A DNA stretch of 64,000 nt from Candidatus Poribacteria bacterium. GTDB taxonomy: Bacteria; Poribacteria; WGA-4E; WGA-3G. Under the pieces are notes generated by a model, which was not told the DNA's origin, searched no databases, and was given only the letters and a program-made list of their open reading frames with translations. Shown here piece after piece: positions 49,404 through 59,340 of the stretch. How positions within the stretch are numbered: position 1 is the stretch's first letter; every line of letters starts with the position of its first letter. The position numbers and the translations under genes were made by a program. Location of the stretch: positions 3,648,001-3,712,000 of the forward strand of contig CAXXLX010000001.1 in NCBI GenBank assembly GCA_963665235.2, read 5' to 3'.

Positions 49404-49991
49404 TCAGTAATTCTCTGGAAACATCAATCGCTCCACATGTTCTATCAGGACGTGCAACACCTTAATATGGATTTCTTGGATTCTATCGGCGGTCTCCCCG
49501 GGTGCGATAAGATAACTGTGGCAGTGGTGTTTAAGCTGGCCGCCATCTCTGCCGAGTAATCCGAAGACTTGTATTTTTCGCGATTTCGCTGCTTCGGCGG
49601 CGCGTACTACATTTTCAGAATTCCCACTCGTCGAGAGCACGACTAATAAATCACCAGGGTGGCCGAGTGCCAGCAGCGGCCGCGCGAACACCTCTACAAA
49701 CCCGAAGTCGTTTGCTGTGCAGGTAATGTGTGCTGCATCGCTCAGTGAAATCGCTGGAAGGGGGTGCCGGTCATCTCGAAATTTTCCAGTGCATTCTTCG
49801 GCGAAATGGATGGCATCACACAGACTTCCGCCATTCCCACATGCAAAGATTCTCCCCTGTCGTTCAAAGACATCTTGCATTAGCTTTGCTGTCTCTGCAA
49901 TAGTTGCGATATTTTCTGGGGTTTGGATGAATTGATTGAGTACGGCTTGTGCATCTAACAATGCACGCCGAATGCTATGCAAGATGTCCAT
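49404..49991 (-). CDS. gmhA: D-sedoheptulose 7-phosphate isomerase
   Basis: CGNGGS, ANDFG, STSGNS.NV, DRIQE.H. Confidence 0.93.
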   Translation of the reverse strand: MDILHSIRRALLDAQAVLNQFIQTPENIATIAETAKLMQDVFERQGRIFACGNGGSLCDAIHFAEECTGKFRDDRHPLPAISLSDAAHITCTANDFGFVEVFARPLLALGHPGDLLVVLSTSGNSENVVRAAEAAKSRKIQVFGLLGRDGGQLKHHCHSYLIAPGETADRIQEIHIKVLHVLIEHVERLMFPENY

Positions 49992-50084
49992 TGTGTTCCT
50001 CTCCTTACAGGGACGATTTTATCTCACTATATTTTACCATGAGCTCCGCGCTGTTTCAAGTTATTTTTTAAGAAAGACGTTCTC

Positions 50085-50561
50085 GGGTGTGTAAAATTCT
50101 TAGAGGCCCAAGGGATAAATAGAGGTCTGGAGGCGTGGAAATCCAAAGTGACGCATCCGTTTTTCAGGTGTCCGCCCCTGTTATAGGCCCCGCCTAAGTT
50201 TCAACCCAAAATAGTGCTACGTCACTTTACAAACGGTGGAGAACTACATGGAAGATTAACACATAAGAAAACACAACAACACAACACAACCTAGCCCCAG
50301 CAGGGCGGTATCTTTATAGAAGCACAAGGGCCAGACAAGCTAGCCCCAGCGGGGCGGTATCTTTATAGAAAACACAACACACTAGCTCATAATCACAAAC
50401 CTTCTATTGTTACGCATCTTAAAATCCGATAAATCCGATAAATCCGCGATTCAGACAACACACGCGCGAAATCCATCCTTCCCCCCTTCCAATCTTCCAA
50501 TCTTCCAATCTTCCAATCTTCCAATCTTCCCTCTATCATAGTACAAAAACTTTACACACCC
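50085..50561. mobile_element. family-C shell carrying two GCCCC REP units and octamers
   Basis: GGGTGTGTAAAA...TTTACACACCC inverted termini. Confidence 0.65.
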
Positions 50562-50612
50562 ACACACCCCACCCGGGTTGCGTTTATCTAGAACTTGTGA
50601 TAACATGTCTAG

Positions 50613-50720
50613 CAAGTGGTGTGACTTTGTATTCATCTGCTTTACCTCTAAATACTAAAATAAGATAAAAATCTTGAGGTAAAGTATATCAGATGTGGTG
50701 TAAAAAGTCACGCCACATCT
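50613..50720 (+). ncRNA. candidate structured RNA/leader (long hairpin)
   Basis: GTGGTGTGACTTT/AAAGTCACGCCAC, CATCTG/CAGATG and CTTTACCTC/GAGGTAAAG nested; promoter-like TTGCGT-17-TAACAT at 50578-50606. Confidence 0.45.
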
Positions 50721-50759
50721 ACATATAAAGGTGTCCAAAAACTCACTTTCGACAATTGA

Positions 50760-53009
50760 ATGCCTCTGTCACATCAACAGAGAAGGTCCATTATGGTGTT
50801 GATGGAATATGCTACGTTCTGTTCAGAAGAAATTAAACTATTGGCAGTTGAACTTGCTAAACAGGAATTGCCGCTCATTGCACAGCTGGAACCGATTGCG
50901 GATTTTGAAGAACTGCTTACCTTTGCGGAAGCACATCCCACGCCGATTGAATTCGAGCCGAGGTCTCCTGCATGGCGACTTGAATCCGTAGCAGCGCGTG
51001 TCATTGAGGCTATCGCTATTGCCGCGCACGAATCGCTTGACGATACCGAATGGCAAGAGCTCACACGCATCCTTTTGGAACATGCAGCATACCTCTACAC
51101 CTATCCGGACACCCCTACGAATCGTGAAAAGTTGGAAGCAGGTACAGCACTAGCATTAGTCAGCAGTGTGTGCGCGTCTTTGCCGCAAGCCGAACTGTGG
51201 CGACTCGCCGGGTTCGGACGGATTGCGGCAGTGCTCTCGGAGGATGCACCTGCACATGTCATTCAACCGCTTGATGTCGCTTTTCTGCTTGCAAATGAAC
51301 GAAATCTGCCAATTCTGGATTCAGCAATTGCACGCTATAACACAGTTCTGAACCGTCACCTCACACTTAAGCACACATTAAGTTTTCCGCTAAGCGACAC
51401 AGATTTCTTTGACCACCTCAATTTGGAGTTTGCAGGTATGGACACGATAAAATCTGCTGTTTTGGCAGGGGACATACCCAGTGCAAAATCGGCATACACG
51501 GCGTTTCGCCAGCAGCTCTTAGACCGTTCCCTATTAGAAAAAGCGGACACGTATCGTACTGCGAAATTGTCCCTCGAATGCCTGCTTCAATTGTCTATCC
51601 AGCCATCACCGCCTATCGTTGGCACCACGGAGCTCGGCATCGCTGCCCTTCTCCTGCCGGAATTTCGAGGGAGCAAACAACTTCTCTTGCTAGCGTTGCG
51701 CCGCTATAAGTGGATAACCGATACGCTCTTCTATCCGGACGGTTTTCACATTGACACATCCCCGCGTTCTCAAGTTGAGGCTGTTGCCGATTTTGTGAGA
51801 TTTCTGTCTGTTTACGATAGCACAGCAGAACCGCCAGTTGAAAATCTGAAAACATTACTGAAAAAACAGGTAGCGGCATGCATCTCCATAAGTCAACCGG
51901 ATTTGTCGTTTCCACCGTTCGGTGCATCCCCAATCCCGCCTAATTTTGATGTTATTGAACTGTGTCAACAAGTAGGGAATATCGGTTTTGAACGTGACGA
52001 TTTCCTATATATCGCCTCCGCAAGAGCACAAGGAAACGAACCGAACACAACATCGCATGCCCTGCCTTACGTAGGCTATTACGCAATGAGAGATAGCTGG
52101 GGCCCTGATGCACAATATCTGCTTTTTGACACCGGCCCATTGGGCAAACCGGGCTATGAGGACAAGCTTAGTTTTGTGTTACATGCACACGGACAGCAAT
52201 TAATTACGCACAACCATCAGGATAGACACGGAAATTCAGAGAGCGCAGCGAGTCAGGCACACAATAGCTTGCACATTGATGGGAAAGGGCAAAACCGCGC
52301 GGAACAGGCGGAAGCAGAGATTGTTCCGGATGCAGATGCACGCTGGTTAACAACGTCAACATTCGATTTCGTAGAAGGGTGGTATAAAACCGCCGACTTT
52401 CAGCATAAACGTTCTATTTTCTATACTAAAGGCGAATATTTTATACTCCATGACGTAGTCCTCGGCGATGGAGAACGGACGCTATCCCAGACTTTCCATC
52501 TCAATACACTTGGACAGAGCGGAGCTGCTATACACGTCGCAGCGGATGTCGGGCACGCCTGGACGCAGGAAATAGCACAGAGTAATATTTTTATCGGCGC
52601 GGTCGATACAACAAATCTTCGTGTTCAATCGGATGCAAAACGTATCATCTATAACGTTCGCCAGAAATTGCCGGCAGTTATGAACACGCTCCTTTTGCCG
52701 ATGAAACCGCACGTTGAAGAACGTCCCACCCTTACACCCATTGCGGTTAGCACAGACGCGGATGTGTTAGCAACCGGTTTCTCTGTGGAATTGAACGGCG
52801 TAACCGACACCTTTCTCATCTCTGATGACGGTTTAGCGACAATGTCCACCTCAGATTTGTCGGAGAAGGTTGAGTTTATAGGAGAATATCTATTTTTGCG
52901 AGGGGATACGTTCGTAATGCTGAATGCGCGGTTTCTCAAAGTGGGGGCTCAAGTGCTCGCTGCATTAGATGAACCGCGCGCGTACTATGTAGGGATGCGC
53001 CGCGCTTAA
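50760..53009 (+). CDS. heparinase II/III-family protein
   Basis: YPDGFH, GYYAMRDSW, D.GP.G...EDKLSF, AHNSL.IDG, HKRSIFY. Confidence 0.82.
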   Translation: MPLSHQQRRSIMVLMEYATFCSEEIKLLAVELAKQELPLIAQLEPIADFEELLTFAEAHPTPIEFEPRSPAWRLESVAARVIEAIAIAAHESLDDTEWQELTRILLEHAAYLYTYPDTPTNREKLEAGTALALVSSVCASLPQAELWRLAGFGRIAAVLSEDAPAHVIQPLDVAFLLANERNLPILDSAIARYNTVLNRHLTLKHTLSFPLSDTDFFDHLNLEFAGMDTIKSAVLAGDIPSAKSAYTAFRQQLLDRSLLEKADTYRTAKLSLECLLQLSIQPSPPIVGTTELGIAALLLPEFRGSKQLLLLALRRYKWITDTLFYPDGFHIDTSPRSQVEAVADFVRFLSVYDSTAEPPVENLKTLLKKQVAACISISQPDLSFPPFGASPIPPNFDVIELCQQVGNIGFERDDFLYIASARAQGNEPNTTSHALPYVGYYAMRDSWGPDAQYLLFDTGPLGKPGYEDKLSFVLHAHGQQLITHNHQDRHGNSESAASQAHNSLHIDGKGQNRAEQAEAEIVPDADARWLTTSTFDFVEGWYKTADFQHKRSIFYTKGEYFILHDVVLGDGERTLSQTFHLNTLGQSGAAIHVAADVGHAWTQEIAQSNIFIGAVDTTNLRVQSDAKRIIYNVRQKLPAVMNTLLLPMKPHVEERPTLTPIAVSTDADVLATGFSVELNGVTDTFLISDDGLATMSTSDLSEKVEFIGEYLFLRGDTFVMLNARFLKVGAQVLAALDEPRAYYVGMRRA

Positions 53010-53074
53010 TGCAACTGAAAAGGCACCGATTTTTTCCCATCACTTCCACCGCCTCAATTAGATTGTCGCCTTAA

Positions 53075-53593
53075 TCATTGAAGTAACGATAACACCTTTA
53101 TTCGGAGCGTTTCCACTTCTTCGGCAAGTGCGCTAATCATCTCATTTTGTTTGTGTATAAGTGACGCAATCTGTTTCTCCGCCGCCCTCTCCTTCATACT
53201 ACGCCATGCTATGATAATCTGGGGTATACCTACAGCTAAGACTATAAGAGCTATCAAAGCGAATACAAAGTTCGCGACCATTACTATCTGTTTTTCAACA
53301 CCTGTGAGCTGTTTTTCAATGCCTATGACCTGTTTTTCAACGCCGGTTAAACGTGTATCTAATCGTCCAAACCCCGATTTTAAAAACACAATATCGGCTT
53401 TCATAGACACAATATCAGCTTTCATAGACACAATATCGGCTTTTATAGGTGTGAGTTCCTTGTCAATTACTCTTTCGACTTCCTCTTTGACAATAGAGCG
53501 AATTTCTTTGAGGTCTTGAGGGGTCAACTGAGCGAAAGATGGCAGCGTAAACACACACAAACAGACCGATAAACAGAAAATAGATTTCAACAT
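53075..53593 (-). CDS. secreted/membrane coiled-coil protein with heptad repeats
   Basis: signal peptide, KADIVSM/KADIV x3 (21-bp repeat), (L/V)(T/I)G(V/I)EKQ x3, one TM. Confidence 0.8.
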   Translation of the reverse strand: MLKSIFCLSVCLCVFTLPSFAQLTPQDLKEIRSIVKEEVERVIDKELTPIKADIVSMKADIVSMKADIVFLKSGFGRLDTRLTGVEKQVIGIEKQLTGVEKQIVMVANFVFALIALIVLAVGIPQIIIAWRSMKERAAEKQIASLIHKQNEMISALAEEVETLRIKVLSLLQ

Positions 53594-53702
53594 GATTTCC
53601 TCCTACAAAATTTTTCTAAAAGAAATTATACAGAATTTCTCCGATTAACGCAACATCAATTTTTTCCAAACAGATCAGGCATGAACCCGCCGCCAGCAGC
53701 AG

Positions 53703-53730
53703 AAAAAAAGGCGAGGCACAAAACCTCGCC
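53703..53730 (-). terminator. intrinsic terminator
   Basis: GGCGAGG-7 nt loop-CCTCGCC followed by T7. Confidence 0.75.
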
Positions 53731-53749
53731 GAGGTAAAGAGGTAAACAT

Positions 53750-54877
53750 TTAAGGCGTTACAACCCTCACACAACGAAAACCGTAGTAGTTGGCCGACTC
53801 AACAAAAAGTAAAGGGTAGTGGCGATAGGCGACCCGCACGAAGCGTTCCTCACTGGTCCAGTCTCCACCACGCAAAACGCGGAATCTTTTAACATTTTTA
53901 TAATTATTTATTAACCATTCAATGCTATTCGCACCCGACAGCGGATTCTGAACAGGCGAAACCGAATAGAAACCTTTGTTATACTCGTCTAAGCACCACT
54001 CCCTAACATTCCCCGCCATATCAAATAAACCGTAGCCATTTGCAGCATACTTACCAACTACAGTGGTATAGCCACTTGGGCCACCACCATCGAAATCGTA
54101 GTTCGCTTTAGTAGAATCTATGGTGTTCCCCCAAGGGTATTTTTGACCTGCTAAACCGCCACGTGCCGCTTTCTCCCACTCCGCTTCTGTCGGCAGACGT
54201 TTGTCCACCCACTCCGCATAAGCCATCGCACCATACCAACTCACGTAGTTAACAGGATGATTCTCATACCCCAATCTCACACGGTACTTACCGGATACGA
54301 ACCTAATCATCCAAGCACGCTTAGGAATATTATACCATGTGATCTCACCCTCAGCGTGTTTGCCTTTAGCATTTAGAAACCTTGCATATTGGGCATTGGT
54401 GACCTCGTACTTATCCATGTAAAACGCATCTACATAGACAGAATGGACAGGTTGTTCGTCATTCGGTGCATCTTCATCGTTGCTGCCCATCTGAAATTCA
54501 CCAGCAGGGATGAGGACCATACCCTCAGGGGGTGGCGGAATATCAGGTTCCTCGGGTTCAGGTGCTGCAACAGTGTAGGTAAGTGAAGTGGAACCGCCAT
54601 CCCACGTGAGGACAAGGTTCAACGTGCCTTGCGTAAAAGGACCTTTTATTTTCGCATTCACACCAGAGAGGGATACTTTTCCGTTATTCGCTTTCAGTCC
54701 CGTAGGGGTGCCATCAAAAATAACGATAATCTCCGTATCTGTTTGGATGGTGCGGCCATCCGCGGGAATCGCTTTGGTAAACGACACCGTTTCTTCTGTC
54801 TCACCACAACCACTGAAGACAATCGCAAGACAGCTGACAAGCATAACTATTCCTATGAGACGAAAACATTTTTTCAT
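53750..54877 (-). CDS. lipoprotein with an FGE-sulfatase (SUMF1) domain
   Basis: lipobox FSGC; RLPTEAEWEKAARGG, DMAGNV.EW, RGG.W..GFRC. Confidence 0.92.
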   Translation of the reverse strand: MKKCFRLIGIVMLVSCLAIVFSGCGETEETVSFTKAIPADGRTIQTDTEIIVIFDGTPTGLKANNGKVSLSGVNAKIKGPFTQGTLNLVLTWDGGSTSLTYTVAAPEPEEPDIPPPPEGMVLIPAGEFQMGSNDEDAPNDEQPVHSVYVDAFYMDKYEVTNAQYARFLNAKGKHAEGEITWYNIPKRAWMIRFVSGKYRVRLGYENHPVNYVSWYGAMAYAEWVDKRLPTEAEWEKAARGGLAGQKYPWGNTIDSTKANYDFDGGGPSGYTTVVGKYAANGYGLFDMAGNVREWCLDEYNKGFYSVSPVQNPLSGANSIEWLINNYKNVKRFRVLRGGDWTSEERFVRVAYRHYPLLFVESANYYGFRCVRVVTP

Positions 54878-55081
54878 AAAATGCTCCTTTGTTTGTTAAC
54901 GTGAGGTTGATAATAAATGTCCGTTGATTTCCGTAGAAACGTTTCAGGTTCTCCGAAAATAGCACTATGATTGTAGCCCAAACTAAAAGTTTATGCCACA
55001 AAACTTCTGTGTTTTCAGACTATACTTGTCCCAGGATGGCCGAAAATTAGGGGGTAGAAAAATTCCGCGCTTGCATATTAA

Positions 55082-55852
55082 TCAAGCGGCGTTGAAATAG
55101 TCCAATATCACGTCATGCAGCAGCCCATTCGTTGCTACGAGTGACGATGTGTTCTTAGAGACAGGTTGTCCTTGCATATCTGTCACCTTTCCACCGGCTT
55201 CGCGCACAATAACGGTGATAGCAGCGATATCCCAGACGCTAATCGCTGCTTCAATAACAGCGTCCGCTCTACCGGAAGCGATGAGATGATACATATAGAA
55301 GTCACCGAATCCTCTGGAGCGGGCGGTGGTGTTGATAAGCGCGCACATATTGGTTAAAACGTTTTTCTCTGTAAACCACTTCAGGCCGCCGTGGCAAATC
55401 ATCGCGTCTGCGGGTTGTGCTACGTTGGACACCTGAATTGGTTCACCGTTTAGGAACGCACCTTTACCGGCTTCCGCGTAAAGCAGTTCGTTCAGCAGGG
55501 GGGCATTGGAGACACCCAGTATCAGCGCGTCCCCCTTCATCAGCGCGATTTGTGTGCCGAAGATGGGAATTTTCCGGACATAATTCTTTGTCGCATCGAT
55601 GGGATCAATAATCCAGAGGTATGGCGATGTGCCCTCTTCTGTGCCGTATTCTTCCCCCAAGAAGCCGTGGTCAGGAAAAGCCTGCCTAATCGTTTCTCGG
55701 ATAGCTTTCTCCGCTTCCGTATCAGCACGGGTGACAGGCGTTTCGTCCGATTTGATTTCGACCTGCATGGTATCACCTGTGTAATAAGCAGTGATAATTT
55801 CTTCCGCATTTTTGGCGGCTTCTAGCGCAACGGTTAAAAATTGACTGGACAT
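55082..55852 (-). CDS. inositol monophosphatase family, histidinol-phosphatase (HisN)-like
   Basis: K.DETPVT.AD, GEE, WIIDPIDATKNY, RGFGDF, WDIAA. Confidence 0.85.
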   Translation of the reverse strand: MSSQFLTVALEAAKNAEEIITAYYTGDTMQVEIKSDETPVTRADTEAEKAIRETIRQAFPDHGFLGEEYGTEEGTSPYLWIIDPIDATKNYVRKIPIFGTQIALMKGDALILGVSNAPLLNELLYAEAGKGAFLNGEPIQVSNVAQPADAMICHGGLKWFTEKNVLTNMCALINTTARSRGFGDFYMYHLIASGRADAVIEAAISVWDIAAITVIVREAGGKVTDMQGQPVSKNTSSLVATNGLLHDVILDYFNAA

Positions 55853-56074
55853 AAGTTCTCCTAAATTAGCAATTAGCAATTGGCAATTGGCAGAAAGGAG
55901 AAATAGATGAAAATCTGCGATTTTCATTATTTTCTCTCCTAGCAAGATGTTGTGATTCTAAATAACCCTTTGACGCGCGTGCATCTACCTCTTCCTCTTG
56001 CTAACGGTTTCTAACGGTTTCCAAAAAGCAATGAATGGTTTCTCTACTACGAGCCCTGTCTATATTTTGTAGCG

Positions 56075-56240
56075 TGAACTTCTATATTGCACACTTATGC
56101 CACAAACTAGGAAGTTCGTGATACTATGCATGAACTTCTATATTGCACACTTATGCCACAAACTAGGAAGTTCGTGATACTATGCATGAACTTCTATATT
56201 GCACACTTATGCCACAAACTAGGAAGTTTGTGATACTATG
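56075..56240. repeat. 56-bp tandem repeat x3 containing a REP variant
   Basis: units at 56075, 56131 and 56187; CACAAACTAGGAAGTTCGTG resembles the reverse complement of the 31-bp array hairpin. Confidence 0.93.
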
Positions 56241-56252
56241 TGGCACCTTGCG

Positions 56253-58067
56253 TTATTTGCGAAGGGAGATTGCGGGGCAATAAATTCCCTTCCGTTCGCG
56301 GACCCACCATGTACCTTCTGCGCGTTTCGTAGCGATATCGGTAAAGCGATAATCGTACAACGTGGCGCGGATGTAACGTGGCGCTCCATCCGGAAACGGG
56401 TTTTCTGCCAACAGCTTCAGCACCTCAGGCTTACCCTCTAGCAGGACTGCCATAAAGTTGAGAAACCAGGGGGTATTTCGATAATTGCCTCGGAGCGCAG
56501 CAAACCACATCTGCCAATCCAGACGCGGTTGATGCGGTGCAACCCATTTAGGGGCATGTGTGAGGTTGCCCGGTTTCCATCGAAATTCGTAGGGTTTCCA
56601 CGTTATCCGGTCGTTGCTGCCCTCAACAATAATTTCGGGACGCGACTCAGTCATATCCGCAAAAAGTCCGTAGGTGTTGACGCTTCGAAAGGGGGCAATC
56701 CAAGCAACCTCCGGTAACCGTGCTGTCCTGAAAAGTTGTTCAGTGAACCGCATACCGCTCAACAGAAAGAGAAACATCGCAACAACCGCTATACCGGTCC
56801 GTAGATAACGAGACGACGCGTTTTCAACGGAATGAAAAACCCCTCTGAAACGTTTCGGAATCAGACATTTCCACGTGACATCGTCAATGAGAAGGAGGCA
56901 GAGCACGATTGTTAGCAGATTAAAAAAACAGTAATTTCCTGTCAACAGAATTAACAATTGGAGCCCGACCAATCCGATAGCCCCTACGTTCCGTAAACGG
57001 CGCGGGGCAAAGATTAGGAAAGGCAGCATCAGTTCCACAGCGAACATACCGACAACAGAGACTTTTTGAAACCATTCCGGCAACTGATGGGCATACCACC
57101 CTATCCAGGTCGGCAATGGCTGCGTTTCATAATGAACGTTGAGTGCAGTGAGGTTCCGCCAGGTCTCATCGCTGGCAAGTTTAACAAATCCAGAGGCAAA
57201 CATCAAACGGAACAGAAGCCAACGTAAGAGCCACGTAAATGCAATAGAGGGCTGAGCGACGCGCACAAATGTCTCACGTATCCGCAGAGGTGCGAAAAAG
57301 ATTGCCAAAAATCCTGCTTCTAACAGCAACGCATCCCACTGGAAGCTGAGAAAGGTTTGCCCCACCGTCACAAGGGACAGGTAAAACACCCATAAACCTG
57401 CTAACGCAAATGGTGAGAAGAAGCCTGCGATTAAGACGAGAGACAAAAACACACCGCCAGCACACAAAAAATGAAGACATGCATCTGTCGGATTTAGCCA
57501 AAACAACGTTGGAAAAAGCGAGTACCCTTCCGTTCCGAACCGCTGATGGACAACCTCCAGATACTGTTCCGCCGGTAAGATGCCGCTGCTCCCGATAAGT
57601 CCATGAATTTGCACCCACAGGGAGAGGAAGGCGATGAGATAGATACAACCGAGCCCACGCAGAAACAGCCAGCGCGACAAACCGAACGTTGTCCTATCGC
57701 TATGTGTTCCCCACAACCAACGCGTCATCGCGGAGAAAAATGTACGGTGCTTTGCAACGAATCGATAGACAGCTTCCGATATCTTCGCGAACCCGGGCAG
57801 CTGAGCGTAAGACCAAAGCAGCACGCGGTTGTTTAAGGCACGCAAAACCGCCTCTGCCCCGCTAAAAACTGTGCCATTTTCCAAAATTAACTGGACCGAG
57901 GTTTGGAACGCGGACAGCGGTATTTCTGGAAACTGCGGAGCCACCTCCTGGTAGGCGGCGTAATCCACGCGGTCGCCTGTGACATGTTGCCATTGGGCAA
58001 TCCAGTAGCGGCAAAAACCGCAGTCATTATCGTAAACGAGGAGCGGTTTGCTGCGCTTGCTATCCAT
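56253..58067 (-). CDS. DCC (DUF393) thioredoxin-like domain fused to lipase maturation factor
   Basis: VYDNDCGFC; FQWD.LLLE.GF, HYETQPLP, APHQPRLDWQMWF. Confidence 0.92.
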   Translation of the reverse strand: MDSKRSKPLLVYDNDCGFCRYWIAQWQHVTGDRVDYAAYQEVAPQFPEIPLSAFQTSVQLILENGTVFSGAEAVLRALNNRVLLWSYAQLPGFAKISEAVYRFVAKHRTFFSAMTRWLWGTHSDRTTFGLSRWLFLRGLGCIYLIAFLSLWVQIHGLIGSSGILPAEQYLEVVHQRFGTEGYSLFPTLFWLNPTDACLHFLCAGGVFLSLVLIAGFFSPFALAGLWVFYLSLVTVGQTFLSFQWDALLLEAGFLAIFFAPLRIRETFVRVAQPSIAFTWLLRWLLFRLMFASGFVKLASDETWRNLTALNVHYETQPLPTWIGWYAHQLPEWFQKVSVVGMFAVELMLPFLIFAPRRLRNVGAIGLVGLQLLILLTGNYCFFNLLTIVLCLLLIDDVTWKCLIPKRFRGVFHSVENASSRYLRTGIAVVAMFLFLLSGMRFTEQLFRTARLPEVAWIAPFRSVNTYGLFADMTESRPEIIVEGSNDRITWKPYEFRWKPGNLTHAPKWVAPHQPRLDWQMWFAALRGNYRNTPWFLNFMAVLLEGKPEVLKLLAENPFPDGAPRYIRATLYDYRFTDIATKRAEGTWWVRERKGIYCPAISLRK

Positions 58068-59292
58068 GCCAGGCCTGCTGAATTTTGGCGATAGCCTCTA
58101 CAACCTGGTCCATATCCCGTTCTGAAGCGAGGAGCTGGTTTTGGAAAAGCCATACGCTCTGTTCACACACCAAGGCAGCATTCGGACACGGTAAGGTCCG
58201 GATGAGGTGTGGATATTTCTCTGCGACGTGTGCTATGCCCGGCTCCTGCGAAAGCGGGGACCGGTAGCCGATAGAACACGGAATGCCTTCGGCAGAGAGC
58301 GCGTTCACAAATTCCTGCCGAGACCTGCCACCGAACCCATCAGACTCATATTTCAAGCAGTAGAGGTGATACCCGTGTTTCGTAACCCACGGTGCAAGCT
58401 TTGGGGGGGTGATACCCTCAATTGCCGCTAATGCATTGGAGAGATAGGCAGCGTTCCGATTGCGGTGGTCTGTCTGCGCCTCTAGGAGTTGCAACCGCAC
58501 AGATAATATCGCAGCGAGGTATTCTGAAGGGCGATAGTTCCAACCGAGGCGCGGGTACTCCCATCTTGCACCGCCGGGGGCACGTCCGACATTCATGAAG
58601 GCACACACCCGGTCGTGAATATCTTTGTCGTTTGTTGTGACCATGCCGCCTTCGCCGGAGGTGAGATTTTTCGAGGATTGGAAGCTAAACGCACCGACAT
58701 CGCTGAGGCTGCCGACCTTTTTGGTCTGATATTCAGCACCGTGTGCCTGGGCGCAGTCCTCAATAAGTGCTAGTTGATGCCGTTGTGCAATGTCCTGGAG
58801 TGCTCCCATATCGGCTGGGTGCCCGCCGAGGTGGACAGGCAGAATAGCACGAGTTTGCGGCTGGATGGCTGCCGCTACCGCTTCAGGGTCAAGCGTGAAG
58901 GTTTCTGCTGAAATATCCACAAACGCTACGGTACATCGGCGTTCTAAAACCGCGCTTGCTGTCGCTACGAACGTATAGTTCGGGACGATAACTTCGCCAC
59001 CATCACTAAAACCGTCCAAATCGAGGGCACCAGCCAAGGCGGCACTGATAGCATCGGTGCCGTGCGGCATCAAAAGCGCGTACGCCGTTCCTGAATACTG
59101 AGCATATTGCTCACCAAACCGTCCACTCATTGCCCCCCCGAGCCCCTCGTTTGCACTCAAGTAGACCTCTCGCAACAGCGGTTCAATTTCCGATTCCCAC
59201 TCCTCAAGCGTATTTAGGGGCCATGCGGGCCAGGGATTGTCTTCTGTATTGCGAACAGGCGTACCGCCTGAAATTGCTAATTGGTTCAACAT
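58060..59292 (-). CDS. DegT/DnrJ/EryC1/StrS aminotransferase
   Basis: IEDCAQAHG, FSFQSSKNL.SGEGG, G.NYR. Confidence 0.94.
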   Translation of the reverse strand: MLNQLAISGGTPVRNTEDNPWPAWPLNTLEEWESEIEPLLREVYLSANEGLGGAMSGRFGEQYAQYSGTAYALLMPHGTDAISAALAGALDLDGFSDGGEVIVPNYTFVATASAVLERRCTVAFVDISAETFTLDPEAVAAAIQPQTRAILPVHLGGHPADMGALQDIAQRHQLALIEDCAQAHGAEYQTKKVGSLSDVGAFSFQSSKNLTSGEGGMVTTNDKDIHDRVCAFMNVGRAPGGARWEYPRLGWNYRPSEYLAAILSVRLQLLEAQTDHRNRNAAYLSNALAAIEGITPPKLAPWVTKHGYHLYCLKYESDGFGGRSRQEFVNALSAEGIPCSIGYRSPLSQEPGIAHVAEKYPHLIRTLPCPNAALVCEQSVWLFQNQLLASERDMDQVVEAIAKIQQAWHG

Positions 59293-59340
59293 GATATATT
59301 CGTCTCACAAGTTTTCTTATAAAAACTGTGCCAAAATTTC

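Noticed and set aside
50613-50720. Identification as SRP RNA or 6S RNA
   Set aside because: It has no SRP helix-8 motif, and it is too short and lacks the large central bubble expected of 6S; kept only as an unknown hairpin
56253-58067. DCC-LMF fusion as a novelty
   Set aside because: To my knowledge this architecture is already seen in other bacteria
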